Virus record (IMG/VR): IMGVR_UViG_3300042462_000200
Coordinates: 1,874 to 65,873 of that record
From: a virus
Taxonomy: Duplodnaviria > Caudoviricetes
Length of the DNA: 64,000 bases
Reading direction: 5' to 3' (one strand)
How positions within the stretch are numbered: position 1 is the first letter of the stretch; every line of letters starts with the position of its first letter. The position numbers and the translations under genes were made by a program. Below, piece by piece: positions 18,653 to 27,968 of the stretch. Under the pieces are notes generated by a model that was not told where the DNA came from, searched no databases, and saw nothing but the letters and a program-made list of their open reading frames with translations.

Positions 18653-18861
18653 ACCCGCTCCACTAAGTCTAAATCATTGTCAACTACTTCTTCATCGCAA
18701 ACACCGTTAAGTCTCCAACGCTCATCAATCCACTCTTGGTAGTCTGTATCAAAGTACCTACCTAACACTGGATAATCAGTCTTAACTGATGTGATGATTT
18801 GATTTATTTCAACTTTGAAGCCACATCGCGTTTTGTACTTCTTTTGTATTTCGATTTTCAT
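18649..18861 (-). CDS. Hypothetical protein, one copy of the ~60-aa domain
   Basis: KKYKTRCGFKVEI...YPVLG...W..NG...DLDLVE. Confidence 0.65.
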   Translation of the reverse strand: MKIEIQKKYKTRCGFKVEINQIITSVKTDYPVLGRYFDTDYQEWIDERWRLNGVCDEEVVDNDLDLVERV

Positions 18862-18864
18862 AAC

Positions 18865-19020
18865 CTACCCCGGTGGATTACATTGATAGCATTGACATCT
18901 CTTATCATAGCTGTGTGGCCCTGTGATACAATCACCATCCTCTTCCCAATTCTGTTCTTCTGGTTCGGGTGAATAGTCTAGTTCTTGAGCTTCAGTTAGT
19001 CTGCCTCTATAAAATGTCAT
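18865..19020 (-). CDS. Small acidic Cys-containing protein (51 aa)
   Basis: MTFYRGRLTEAQELDYSPEPEEQNWEEDGDC...CQCYQC; fills the gap between genes. Confidence 0.4.
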   Translation of the reverse strand: MTFYRGRLTEAQELDYSPEPEEQNWEEDGDCITGPHSYDKRCQCYQCNPPG

Positions 19021-19030
19021 ATCTTATCTC

Positions 19031-19321
19031 TCAGTAAATTTCTGTGTTAAGAAGATTTGTTAAGTGATCACTTTCTACGGCACCGTGCAGGGTGCCATAA
19101 GATGGAAAGTAGCCTGTCAGGCTACAAGTCCCTCCACCTTCAAAGTAGATGCTTTCATTAGAGAAATTGAAGCCAATTATCGTCTTCGGCCCTCTTCTCG
19201 CGGTTCCCCATGTCTGGCCTATTGCGAATTCAGTCCCGTTTACACGAATGCGTTTCTTTGACTTATGAATCTCCAATTCACCACCAAGACGATGGTAACG
19301 TTGCCACTCTTGATCACTCAT
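19031..19321 (-). CDS. Hypothetical protein
   Basis: 96 aa; C-terminus weakly resembles the ~60-aa domain. Confidence 0.5.
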   Translation of the reverse strand: MSDQEWQRYHRLGGELEIHKSKKRIRVNGTEFAIGQTWGTARRGPKTIIGFNFSNESIYFEGGGTCSLTGYFPSYGTLHGAVESDHLTNLLNTEIY

Positions 19322-19462
19322 GTCTCATCTCTCCACTCTGGTCTTTCAAATCAGCAACTGCATGTTCTAATTGTCTGATGTACACGTACACATCGTACGG
19401 TACTTTGAAATGCGCAAGTTTACGCGTCTTTAAATCGGGGATTGCTACATAGTATGAACCTG

Positions 19463-19639
19463 TCACATGTCCTCCTCGTCATCCCATTCATCTTCATCAT
19501 CGTCAATCCAATCTTCATCATCATCGAATCTTAATGGTACATAATTTTCCTGTTCGTCTAGTAAGCCTTCCCATTCTTCTAGCCAGGCTTCATAATGTTC
19601 TTGTTCTTTATCTCTTTTTTCTTGTTCAGTTAGTTTCAT
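19463..19639 (-). CDS. Hyper-acidic small protein (58 aa)
   Basis: GGAGG RBS, ATGA-coupled; 28 of 58 residues are D/E. Confidence 0.55.
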   Translation of the reverse strand: MKLTEQEKRDKEQEHYEAWLEEWEGLLDEQENYVPLRFDDDEDWIDDDEDEWDDEEDM

Positions 19640-19833
19640 TTTAATGCCCCTCCTACTAAGGCCTTTTTACGAAGTTCAACATAACGTTGTCTTTGGTGTT
19701 TAAGCTCTGCATTAAGCTCTTTAATTGCATACCTAGCATCAAGTATCTCTAGAGCTGCATGCCCTAATATATTGTCTAAGTCAGCAGGCTGGTCAAAGCC
19801 TAATAAGTCTACTAATTCATCAAAATTACTCAT
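19636..19833 (-). CDS. Hypothetical coiled-coil protein
   Basis: 65 aa, coupled to both neighbours. Confidence 0.5.
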   Translation of the reverse strand: MSNFDELVDLLGFDQPADLDNILGHAALEILDARYAIKELNAELKHQRQRYVELRKKALVGGALK

Positions 19834-20462
19834 GGTCTCACATCCATTAGTGCTAGTTCTCTAATATCATCTCTTAGGTCTTGTACTACATTTTCAGCTA
19901 AGACATGCCCAATATAAACACCGTTTACAGATACCTCATCAATATCTCCTGTCATACAGTCTAAAATTACATCAAAAGGTACACCGTTGTAATCAAGCCG
20001 TATAGGTGCGCCTCTGAATGCGTTATAAGCTGTGTACTGATTTTGTAATAAATGTTCAGGTACAACATCACGTCTATTTACATTTCTGTACTTAGCATCT
20101 TCTAGCGTTGTTGGAAAGAATTTAAACTCAACGCTATAGTCTGCTCTGATCAACCGTTGCATTAAAGGCTGCAGTTTGTTATAGTTAAGGTTTGTATCTG
20201 CAAAGATTATATTACTACCCTCATATAATGCAGCTTCAATAAGCTCTTCTCTACGTCGATTGCATGTGTTCTCCATTGTTTCGAAATCCCAATGCTCCCA
20301 CATATTATCCTCTGCAGGGTCGTATTCCTTAACATTGAGGATGAGATGCGTACGTCTAATAACATCTCTATCGATTACACGCCACGCGTCTTGATGAGAC
20401 CATGCCCAAGTTGACTTGCCTGAACCACTAATACCTACTGTAAATATTGCTTGTTTACTCAT
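19830..20462 (-). CDS. Polynucleotide kinase-like P-loop kinase (AAA_33)
   Basis: GISGSGKSTWA, IDRDVIR, DTNL, RN..R...VP lid, as in the T4 PseT kinase domain; no HAD phosphatase motif. Confidence 0.8.
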   Translation of the reverse strand: MSKQAIFTVGISGSGKSTWAWSHQDAWRVIDRDVIRRTHLILNVKEYDPAEDNMWEHWDFETMENTCNRRREELIEAALYEGSNIIFADTNLNYNKLQPLMQRLIRADYSVEFKFFPTTLEDAKYRNVNRRDVVPEHLLQNQYTAYNAFRGAPIRLDYNGVPFDVILDCMTGDIDEVSVNGVYIGHVLAENVVQDLRDDIRELALMDVRP

Positions 20463-20586
20463 TTCATTAAATCCTGATATAAGTGTTTAATAGAATATAC
20501 TGCAAACCCAACTGAAATTACTGATAATGCTACTACACCAACTGTCATTGCAAGCTCCAGAATAAATTGTAATACTTCACTTTTCA

Positions 20587-21900
20587 TCATACAAGTTCCT
20601 TTAATGTTTCTAAAGTGTCTGCAGTGTCTTTATCATATCGACGTTCTACAAACTTAGGTTCAAACAAACTATACTCACCCTTCTCATTAGTGATCACGGA
20701 TGAATACGTTACTTCAATGATAGCATACATCCAGCCATCATAATTTTGGTGGATTTCCCACGTTAATTCATTGGTAAGATTACCTACGTTAACTATAAGT
20801 TGTCCATCTTCTGTACTACATTTAAGAGAGCCAAATGTATCAGCATTCTCTCCTGTGCCTGGATTAAAATCAATTACTCTCAATTCACAATGTAACTCTT
20901 TTTTAAACTTAACAATCTCTTTACTAACACCATTCTTCCAAACAGCTCTGTAAGACTTTAATACAGTACCTTCCTTACCTTGCTTAGCTAGCTCTACAAA
21001 GTGATCTTCAGCTTCTTGTAGTGTTGTAACTAACTTAGATGGAATTGCCTTAACATACTTCCGATCATAGTTATTAATAGATTGATACCTATCTATATAC
21101 AGGGTATGGTCTATATTCTTTCTGATAGATGTAATTGGTACAATATCCCAATAATAAAATACGGGATATTCTCCATTTTTAAATTCTCCGCCTAGGTTGA
21201 CACGTCTTAAAACACCATTACTAGTTTTACGTTCTAGCGGTACACCATTGACCTCTACAATCAACTCACCATGTGTTTGGTATCCTTCCTTGATTACACC
21301 AAGCCCTTCTGCTTGTATTAGGAGTTCTCTATAAGAATCAAAAGGCATCTCTTGGTACTTACGGCTTAGCATTGTAATGGCTGAACCCTCTATAGTAATG
21401 TTTACAAATAGGCCATCAGCCTTTTCCTGACTAAATGCAGGGAAATGAAACTCATCCATTTTAACATGTTTAGGTAAGCTACATCTCATATAAGCTGCTA
21501 CAGGTATTAGGCCAGGAACAGCTTTGTTAATAGTCTTAGCATCAAAGCCTGCCCTGAGATCTTTTTCTAAAATACCCCTTAACACTGCCTCAGAGCCGTT
21601 ATACAGCTTTCCCATTGTAGCTAATAAGGTTTCAATTGCAAGCTTACCTGTTACATATCTTTGGCTTAGCAAGTCGAGCAGACCCCATGTATCATAATCA
21701 AATGACTTCAGTAAGCCAACCTTATGTGAGACACTGGGCACTTTACGTATACCAAATGTAATAAATGGGTTGTACGCATATACAATTACTTTCTCAAATT
21801 CATCATCTTGTAAGTAAAATTCCAACATTTCTATCTTAGCATTCTTAGAAGGCTCTGCTGCAATACCCTGTAAGCATTCGTATATTTCATCTGTGTTCAT
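20587..21900 (-). CDS. ATP-dependent DNA ligase
   Basis: Motif I EKADG, HGEL, EGTVLK, KFK, SLFEPKFVERRYDK; GGAG RBS supports the ATG at 21900. Confidence 0.92.
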   Translation of the reverse strand: MNTDEIYECLQGIAAEPSKNAKIEMLEFYLQDDEFEKVIVYAYNPFITFGIRKVPSVSHKVGLLKSFDYDTWGLLDLLSQRYVTGKLAIETLLATMGKLYNGSEAVLRGILEKDLRAGFDAKTINKAVPGLIPVAAYMRCSLPKHVKMDEFHFPAFSQEKADGLFVNITIEGSAITMLSRKYQEMPFDSYRELLIQAEGLGVIKEGYQTHGELIVEVNGVPLERKTSNGVLRRVNLGGEFKNGEYPVFYYWDIVPITSIRKNIDHTLYIDRYQSINNYDRKYVKAIPSKLVTTLQEAEDHFVELAKQGKEGTVLKSYRAVWKNGVSKEIVKFKKELHCELRVIDFNPGTGENADTFGSLKCSTEDGQLIVNVGNLTNELTWEIHQNYDGWMYAIIEVTYSSVITNEKGEYSLFEPKFVERRYDKDTADTLETLKELV

Positions 21901-21913
21901 AATACTCTCCGTT

Positions 21914-21939
21914 AAAAAGGGAAGACCGAAGTCCTCCCT
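21914..21939 (-). terminator. Intrinsic terminator with UUCG loop
   Basis: GGGAGGAC-UUCG-GUCUUCCC-UUUUU. Confidence 0.8.
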
Positions 21940-22079
21940 ATGATTAATTCCAACAAATATATGTGTTCTTAAACCAGTAACCAAAAGAGAACTTCATTTG
22001 TACATACCTATACGTACGATACAATTCTCTTAACTGCTTACGTCTTTGTTGGCTATCACCTTTTAATGTTACTTGTACT

Positions 22080-23789
22080 TCACCCGTGGCATGAGAGACA
22101 CTCATCTTTATTAGTCCTTGCACCATTAGTAGTGCGAATATAATACAATGATTTAATACCTTCTAGCTCAAATGCTTCTTGATGTATTTCAGAGATATAC
22201 TCTTCAGTTTCATCAGCATCAAAGAAGAGATTAATAGATTGACCTTGATCAATATAAGGCTGTCTAGCTGCTGCTAGTTTCAAGATACTCTTTTGGTTAA
22301 TTTCAAATGCAGTTTTAAATACATCTTTTTCATGGTCACTGAGCCAATCAACATGCTGGACAGAGCCATTATTTCTGATGATATCCTTAAGAGTTTTTTG
22401 CACATCAAGACCAGCTTCTACAATTAAGTGCATCAATGCAGGTGATGATCTTCTCATCTTACCGCCTGCAGTGTTTTGTACAAATGCATTCTTATAAATA
22501 GGTTCAATACCTTGAGATGTACCGCCAGCTATTAAAGAGCTAGATAAGTTTGGTGCAATAGCCATTCGATGTGTATTACGAATGCCAAGCCCTAAGCACC
22601 ATTCAGGTTCACCCCATACGCTAGCCATCCATTTAGATGCCATTAGAGATTGAGTATTAAGGTATTTGAACATTTCTTGGCTAACCAAGTGAGCATCAAA
22701 GCTTTCAAATGCAATGCTGTGTTCTTGTAAGTAGCTATGAAAGCCTAATAAGCCTAAACCTAATGCTCTAGACTTTTCAGCAAACCTTACAATACGCTCC
22801 ATGCCTGGTTTTTCTTTACCAATACGAATTTGATCTTCATTAACACAATCAAGAAACACAGTGGCATTAAAGACCGCGTCTGGTACAGCTTTCCACTCAT
22901 CATACTTAGCAGCATTCATTGACGATAATACACAAGAGAATGTATACTCTTCGTTTTCATGGATACCACTAAACAGGGCAATCTCAGTACATAGATTAGA
23001 AGCTTTAACTTCTAGGTCTCTACGTCTATATGAATGTGGCAAAGCTCTCTTTACTTTGTCTGCAAAGAAGAAATAGCCTTTACCAAGCATTCTTAGCTTC
23101 ATTGCCTTCTGGTAACGCCTTGTAGCATCTTTGTCCCCTGCGTTAAGTCTGCGTACAAAATCATCTGAAATGCACCAGCCAACATTAGCATCATCAGGGA
23201 AATTAAGTATATGTGTAGCCAGTTCATCAAAGTCTCCATGTTCAATATCTAAATAACCTGCCCAAGCACCTCTACGTTGAGAGCCTTGACTAATGTCTTG
23301 TGCTACTTTAACAAATCCTTTAAATACTGGTAACACACCTGAAGCAGATCCGGCCACACCAGAAATAGCGGCACCACGTTTACGAATATTACCAAGATAA
23401 TTACTAGTACCATATCCCTGCTGCGAGAGGACTGCGGCTTCTTGTTGCTTGGCATAGAAGTCAAATACTGAATCCTGGACTGTACTTCCGGAACATGAAA
23501 CCGGACATCCGTTACCCGTGCCCATATTGGCACAAACAGGCGTAGAAGGTATAAGCCAGCCTTTCCAGAGAAGTTCGAAGAATTTTTCTTCCCAAGCTGA
23601 TTGATTATCTGTGTAAGAAGCCGCGTGCTTAGCAATACGACGATAGATCGACAGTAGATCTGGATATTGTTCAGATACATATTTTTCCTTTAGTAGCTGC
23701 CAGCTATTGGTAATAATCCACTCAGGAAGTTTTCCTTCTTTTTGTAGACGTTTTCTTTCAATACTTAACTCACGATAAATACTGGTCAT
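22080..23789 (-). CDS. nrdA: Ribonucleotide reductase class I alpha subunit (no ATP cone)
   Basis: PVSC, SQGSQRRGA, SNLCTEI, AIAPN.SSS, DQGQSINLF, KSLYY, C-terminal CLSC. Confidence 0.95.
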   Translation of the reverse strand: MTSIYRELSIERKRLQKEGKLPEWIITNSWQLLKEKYVSEQYPDLLSIYRRIAKHAASYTDNQSAWEEKFFELLWKGWLIPSTPVCANMGTGNGCPVSCSGSTVQDSVFDFYAKQQEAAVLSQQGYGTSNYLGNIRKRGAAISGVAGSASGVLPVFKGFVKVAQDISQGSQRRGAWAGYLDIEHGDFDELATHILNFPDDANVGWCISDDFVRRLNAGDKDATRRYQKAMKLRMLGKGYFFFADKVKRALPHSYRRRDLEVKASNLCTEIALFSGIHENEEYTFSCVLSSMNAAKYDEWKAVPDAVFNATVFLDCVNEDQIRIGKEKPGMERIVRFAEKSRALGLGLLGFHSYLQEHSIAFESFDAHLVSQEMFKYLNTQSLMASKWMASVWGEPEWCLGLGIRNTHRMAIAPNLSSSLIAGGTSQGIEPIYKNAFVQNTAGGKMRRSSPALMHLIVEAGLDVQKTLKDIIRNNGSVQHVDWLSDHEKDVFKTAFEINQKSILKLAAARQPYIDQGQSINLFFDADETEEYISEIHQEAFELEGIKSLYYIRTTNGARTNKDECLSCHG

Positions 23790-24786
23790 TTTTCACCTTC
23801 CATGTAAATTTAGTTTCAGTCCAATTACGCTTATAGTCGTTGCCCATTGCAATGAATGTATCATGCAAAGTACTACTTTCAATATCGTCATAGAACCAAT
23901 CAGCGATTGGGTTATACTTTGGATCAAATAAAACCTTAGCGCCTAGCCTTGTTAAACATAGATCAAGTCTACTTTGTACAAAGTTTTCTAACATTAAAGA
24001 TGTAATACCTTCAATCGGTCCAAACTCAAACATCTTCTTGATAATATCTCTTTCATTCTCTGCAATAATCCATGCAGTTACTTCTAGATCGTTGTATAAA
24101 ACTTCCAAATTAATGTACTCTTCAGGATCATTAAGGGCTTCATGCAGTGTTGTATTAAAGATCCAGGCACCCGTTCTAGCATGAATGTCCTCATCAATAG
24201 CACTAAAATTAATCCCAGCATTGATATTCTGGAATTTGTTTTTACCGTCTGAATTAAAATGTTTCAAGAAAGCAAATGATGAATATAAGACTGCGCCTTC
24301 AATCATACTGAAGATTGCTACTGATGTTAACTTATCCATTGTAGTTTCATGTTTAGAGACTACACGTTCCATCCACTCTAGCCTTTCAGCAAGAATTACG
24401 TCTTCTTGATAGGAATTCATAAACTCATCGGTATTTAAACCTAATAGTTCATTTATTTTGAAATAAAATGGAGCATGGATATTCAATTCAGTCATTGCAT
24501 GCACAGATGCAACTCTTTGTACGTCTGGTCTTGGAAAGAACTTAGGAATATAATCTCGCCAATAATTGTTACCGACATGGATTTCATAGTGTACAAAGAT
24601 CTTTAATGTATTGACAATCCCATAGTACTCTGCCTCTGTGCAATTAGTTCTTAACTCATGGATATCTTTTTCAACTTCTATCTCGTGCGCAAACCATGCA
24701 ATTTCCGCTTGCCTGATTGCAAACTCTACTGCAGCTGGATAGTCTACACCATAGGATTCTCTAGGTGTTAATATTTGTGCTGTCAT
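23770..24786 (-). CDS. nrdB: Ribonucleotide reductase class I beta subunit
   Basis: W...E..VEKD, ELNIHAPFY, IEGAVLYSSF, DEDIH metal-ligand motifs. Confidence 0.92.
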   Translation of the reverse strand: MTAQILTPRESYGVDYPAAVEFAIRQAEIAWFAHEIEVEKDIHELRTNCTEAEYYGIVNTLKIFVHYEIHVGNNYWRDYIPKFFPRPDVQRVASVHAMTELNIHAPFYFKINELLGLNTDEFMNSYQEDVILAERLEWMERVVSKHETTMDKLTSVAIFSMIEGAVLYSSFAFLKHFNSDGKNKFQNINAGINFSAIDEDIHARTGAWIFNTTLHEALNDPEEYINLEVLYNDLEVTAWIIAENERDIIKKMFEFGPIEGITSLMLENFVQSRLDLCLTRLGAKVLFDPKYNPIADWFYDDIESSTLHDTFIAMGNDYKRNWTETKFTWKVKNDQYLS

Positions 24787-24795
24787 TTATATTCC

Positions 24796-26418
24796 TTATA
24801 CTAATGTAATAAAATCGTCTAGGCCAAAGTCACTAGCTCTTAATCTTCCTGTTTCATGTACGTAATCAACGCCAGGTATTGAACCAGTCAGTCCCGTGAA
24901 TCTACTTTTTAAAACTCGCATATTAATATGATTTCGAACTGATTCATCATCATTTGACATGTCTCTTGAAAAAGCTACAATCTCCATTGATACTTGCTTA
25001 ATAGAGCCTGAGCCTTTAATATCATCTAGAGAAGGTAATTGACCCTCTTCAAACGATTTCTTACCTGTTGGTGTTTTTCTTAAGTGTGATATTAAGCATA
25101 GCCAGACAGGATACTTATTTACTAACCTCAATAAGTCATTCATCGTTCTATCAATAGCTTCATTACCTTGTAAGCCATCAACACCTTCAGATACTAGAAT
25201 TGTTATGTGATCTAGGATGATATAACGGCATCCCGATAAGCACATATATTCTAATTTATCCATTAATGACGTATCATCCATAGAGCCTTGATGATCAAGC
25301 ACCATGATTCTGTCATCTCCAAATACACTATCAAAACCGCATTTCAAATCATCTACAGACAGCTCTTCATTGGCTGGATTTCTACTAATAGCCATCCCTG
25401 CTAATTTACGTGCTGTCTCTGCTGGTGGTTCTTCTAATGCTACAATACCAACCATTGTATCTTGCGTAGACACTAGATGTAATGCAATTTCTCTGGTGAT
25501 TGTAGACTTACCAGAGCCTGTACCTGAAGTGAATAGAGTTATTGTGTGCTCTCTCATACCTTTCAGTTTAGTATTTAAGCCACTTAAACAATTTGGATAC
25601 GGCACAACAGGAATTGAATTGTATTCAACCATTGCCTGCCATAACTCATCTCTACGCATAATACCAGAAGGTACATACTTAGCAGCTTCAAAGATACACA
25701 TCATCAATGCATTACCACCCTTTTCAAGTAGTAATTGATTGGGGTCTTTAACAGGCAGCTTTGTTAGACGTACCTTATCAACACCAATAATCTTAGTAGC
25801 CTTTTCTGTAGCTTCCTTACCTGCATCATCATTATCAAAGCATAAAACAACTTCATTAAATGATCTAATCCACTCTCTATTTTCTAGAAGAGCTTTTGTA
25901 CCTGTTGCAGATGACATTGAAACTACTGGATAGACCTTACCGTACTTTTCAAATGCTGCTTGTGCAACTGACATTGCATCAATTTCACCTTCAGTAATGA
26001 TTAATCGCTTTCCATCTCCATTGAATTTTTCTTGACCAAATAGTTTATTTGTATTTGGACCAACCCAAGTAAATGTCTTAGGCAATGCTCTCATTTTATA
26101 AGAGTCACCGTATGGATAGAAATGTCCATCGACTTCTCCATCCTCACCAAAGCGCATTTTAACACCAAAGAATTCTGTTATATCCTTAGATATCTTTCTT
26201 TCTTTGATTGCAGTAGACCTCAATGTACTAATGTCTACATGAGCTACTTTACTCGTAACCGCTGGAACTGTACCTTTAAAGTCTGTTACCATTGCTGTAT
26301 CCGGTTTAAATGATGTACCACAAGAAAAACAATGACTCTTGCCATCTGAATAAAGTGCTCTTGCATCTGAAGAGTTACACTTTGGGCAAGATGTTTTACC
26401 AATCTCTCTGCTCGTCAT
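24796..26418 (-). CDS. T7 gp4-like primase-helicase
   Basis: Zn finger CPKC..CFSC, TOPRIM TEGEIDA/FDND.AG, Walker A SGTGSGKST, LDHITI, SHLRK, KGSGSIKQ. Confidence 0.95.
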   Translation of the reverse strand: MTSREIGKTSCPKCNSSDARALYSDGKSHCFSCGTSFKPDTAMVTDFKGTVPAVTSKVAHVDISTLRSTAIKERKISKDITEFFGVKMRFGEDGEVDGHFYPYGDSYKMRALPKTFTWVGPNTNKLFGQEKFNGDGKRLIITEGEIDAMSVAQAAFEKYGKVYPVVSMSSATGTKALLENREWIRSFNEVVLCFDNDDAGKEATEKATKIIGVDKVRLTKLPVKDPNQLLLEKGGNALMMCIFEAAKYVPSGIMRRDELWQAMVEYNSIPVVPYPNCLSGLNTKLKGMREHTITLFTSGTGSGKSTITREIALHLVSTQDTMVGIVALEEPPAETARKLAGMAISRNPANEELSVDDLKCGFDSVFGDDRIMVLDHQGSMDDTSLMDKLEYMCLSGCRYIILDHITILVSEGVDGLQGNEAIDRTMNDLLRLVNKYPVWLCLISHLRKTPTGKKSFEEGQLPSLDDIKGSGSIKQVSMEIVAFSRDMSNDDESVRNHINMRVLKSRFTGLTGSIPGVDYVHETGRLRASDFGLDDFITLV

Positions 26419-26896
26419 AAGGAATATACCCGCTTGAAATTAAATTCAGTCTACTTATATGCTCATTCGTAACGTCTTCACTAATCTTCCATGTGATTTC
26501 TTCTATCCTTTTATTGTACACTTCTTCTCTGAGCGGTGCTTTTATACTGACCAGCGACCATGTTTCGGCCCAAGCGAGTCCACTTTTTGTCTTGTATTCG
26601 CCCAAGCAGATATACATAAATTCTTCTGCTGGTCGTTCTTTGAGGTGAGCTGCAATTGTTGAACTACTACTCTTGTATCTCTTCCAATCAGACTCTCGTC
26701 CGAAAGTAGCCTTACCAGCACTTCTGTAATTCTTCTTCCCGATGTAAAATCGTTTAAGAACTTTATCATAGATAGCATATATAAATCCCACATACGCTGT
26801 ACCCTCACTCATTTGTTTAAAATATCTCCAGTGTCCATTAGAGAATTTACTAATAGAAACTGGAGCCGCTGCAGGAACGACTCCTTCAAATTTCAT
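26396..26896 (-). CDS. GIY-YIG (Seg-like) endonuclease
   Basis: GFIYAI....RFYIGKK, ESDWKRY.SS, E...YN. Confidence 0.75.
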   Translation of the reverse strand: MKFEGVVPAAAPVSISKFSNGHWRYFKQMSEGTAYVGFIYAIYDKVLKRFYIGKKNYRSAGKATFGRESDWKRYKSSSSTIAAHLKERPAEEFMYICLGEYKTKSGLAWAETWSLVSIKAPLREEVYNKRIEEITWKISEDVTNEHISRLNLISSGYIPYDEQRDW

Positions 26897-27678
26897 GTAC
26901 CTAACATTTCCTTAGCCAATGGCCATTCATCCAAGCTGAAGTAGTCTTCAGGCCAACGCCATAGATGAATAAGTTTTCCTGTAAGTGTAAGCTCTTCATG
27001 CCATTTGTCACCATACGCTTTAATATATTCATCAATTACTACTTCTTGAAAGGACTCGAGTGTTGTGCAATCCTTTAAAGCCTTTGCAGACTTTACAGGT
27101 CCCATTTTCCAGATACCTGGTATACTATCTACAGCATCACCCATTAGTAATTGTTGATGATAAGACATTAATGCTTCATGCTCAGTAACAGTACTAATTT
27201 GTTTAGTCTTTAAATGATAGTGCTTACCAGAGATCATCTTTAAATCTTTGTCTGTTGTACATACAATAAAATCTTTACCTTCTGCACGTAATTCTTCTGC
27301 CCACATTCGAATATAGTCATCAGCTTCACAGCCAGTAGAGGGTACAGCCATTTCTAAACTTAGTGCTACGTCTTTAATGCCATCTGCATAGTATTTAACA
27401 CCACCTGAATTACGTTTGGATTTATAGAATGGATCTACTTCATGTCTAAAGTTACCTTTACCCCGTAATACAATTCTAGCCTCTTCTGCAAATACGTTTT
27501 CGCTAACTTCTCTAAGATCTCTACAAAAATTTTTAAAAATCTCTGCTTTGTACTGAGCTTCCTCTTCAGCTGTATAACTTGTATTACCGTCATCATCGAG
27601 GTTAACAATTGCACTCTGCTTCTCTCTATTGAAACAAACAGAATAAGTTAAACCATCCGCATCGATTAGTGCTATCAT
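26893..27678 (-). CDS. 5'-3' exonuclease (T7 gp6 / FEN-like)
   Basis: LIDADG, NFR...YK..R, EADD, DKDL, GD.VD.IPG...GP. Confidence 0.92.
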   Translation of the reverse strand: MIALIDADGLTYSVCFNREKQSAIVNLDDDGNTSYTAEEEAQYKAEIFKNFCRDLREVSENVFAEEARIVLRGKGNFRHEVDPFYKSKRNSGGVKYYADGIKDVALSLEMAVPSTGCEADDYIRMWAEELRAEGKDFIVCTTDKDLKMISGKHYHLKTKQISTVTEHEALMSYHQQLLMGDAVDSIPGIWKMGPVKSAKALKDCTTLESFQEVVIDEYIKAYGDKWHEELTLTGKLIHLWRWPEDYFSLDEWPLAKEMLGT

Positions 27679-27968
27679 TTTCCTAAAACTCCCATATCTT
27701 GTGACAAAATCATACGCATTTCTGTTTTGGCTATCTTATCTCTTATGTGAGATTTCATATCGCAATTTAGTCTAATATTACACTCACTAGCCAGCATAAT
27801 AAGAATAGCTTGTACATCAGCTAATTCATTCTTTAGCTTTTGCTTGTTACTATGTTCGTATTCTTCACACTGATGATCCAGTGTGAATCTAATACACTTA
27901 GAAGCTTCTTGTGCAGCTTCTGATAACTCTTCCATAAGGCATACTAATAAATATTGTTCTGAATTCAT
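27675..27968 (-). CDS. MazG-like NTP pyrophosphohydrolase
   Basis: LMEELSE..Q..SK..R and ELADV. Confidence 0.75.
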   Translation of the reverse strand: MNSEQYLLVCLMEELSEAAQEASKCIRFTLDHQCEEYEHSNKQKLKNELADVQAILIMLASECNIRLNCDMKSHIRDKIAKTEMRMILSQDMGVLGK

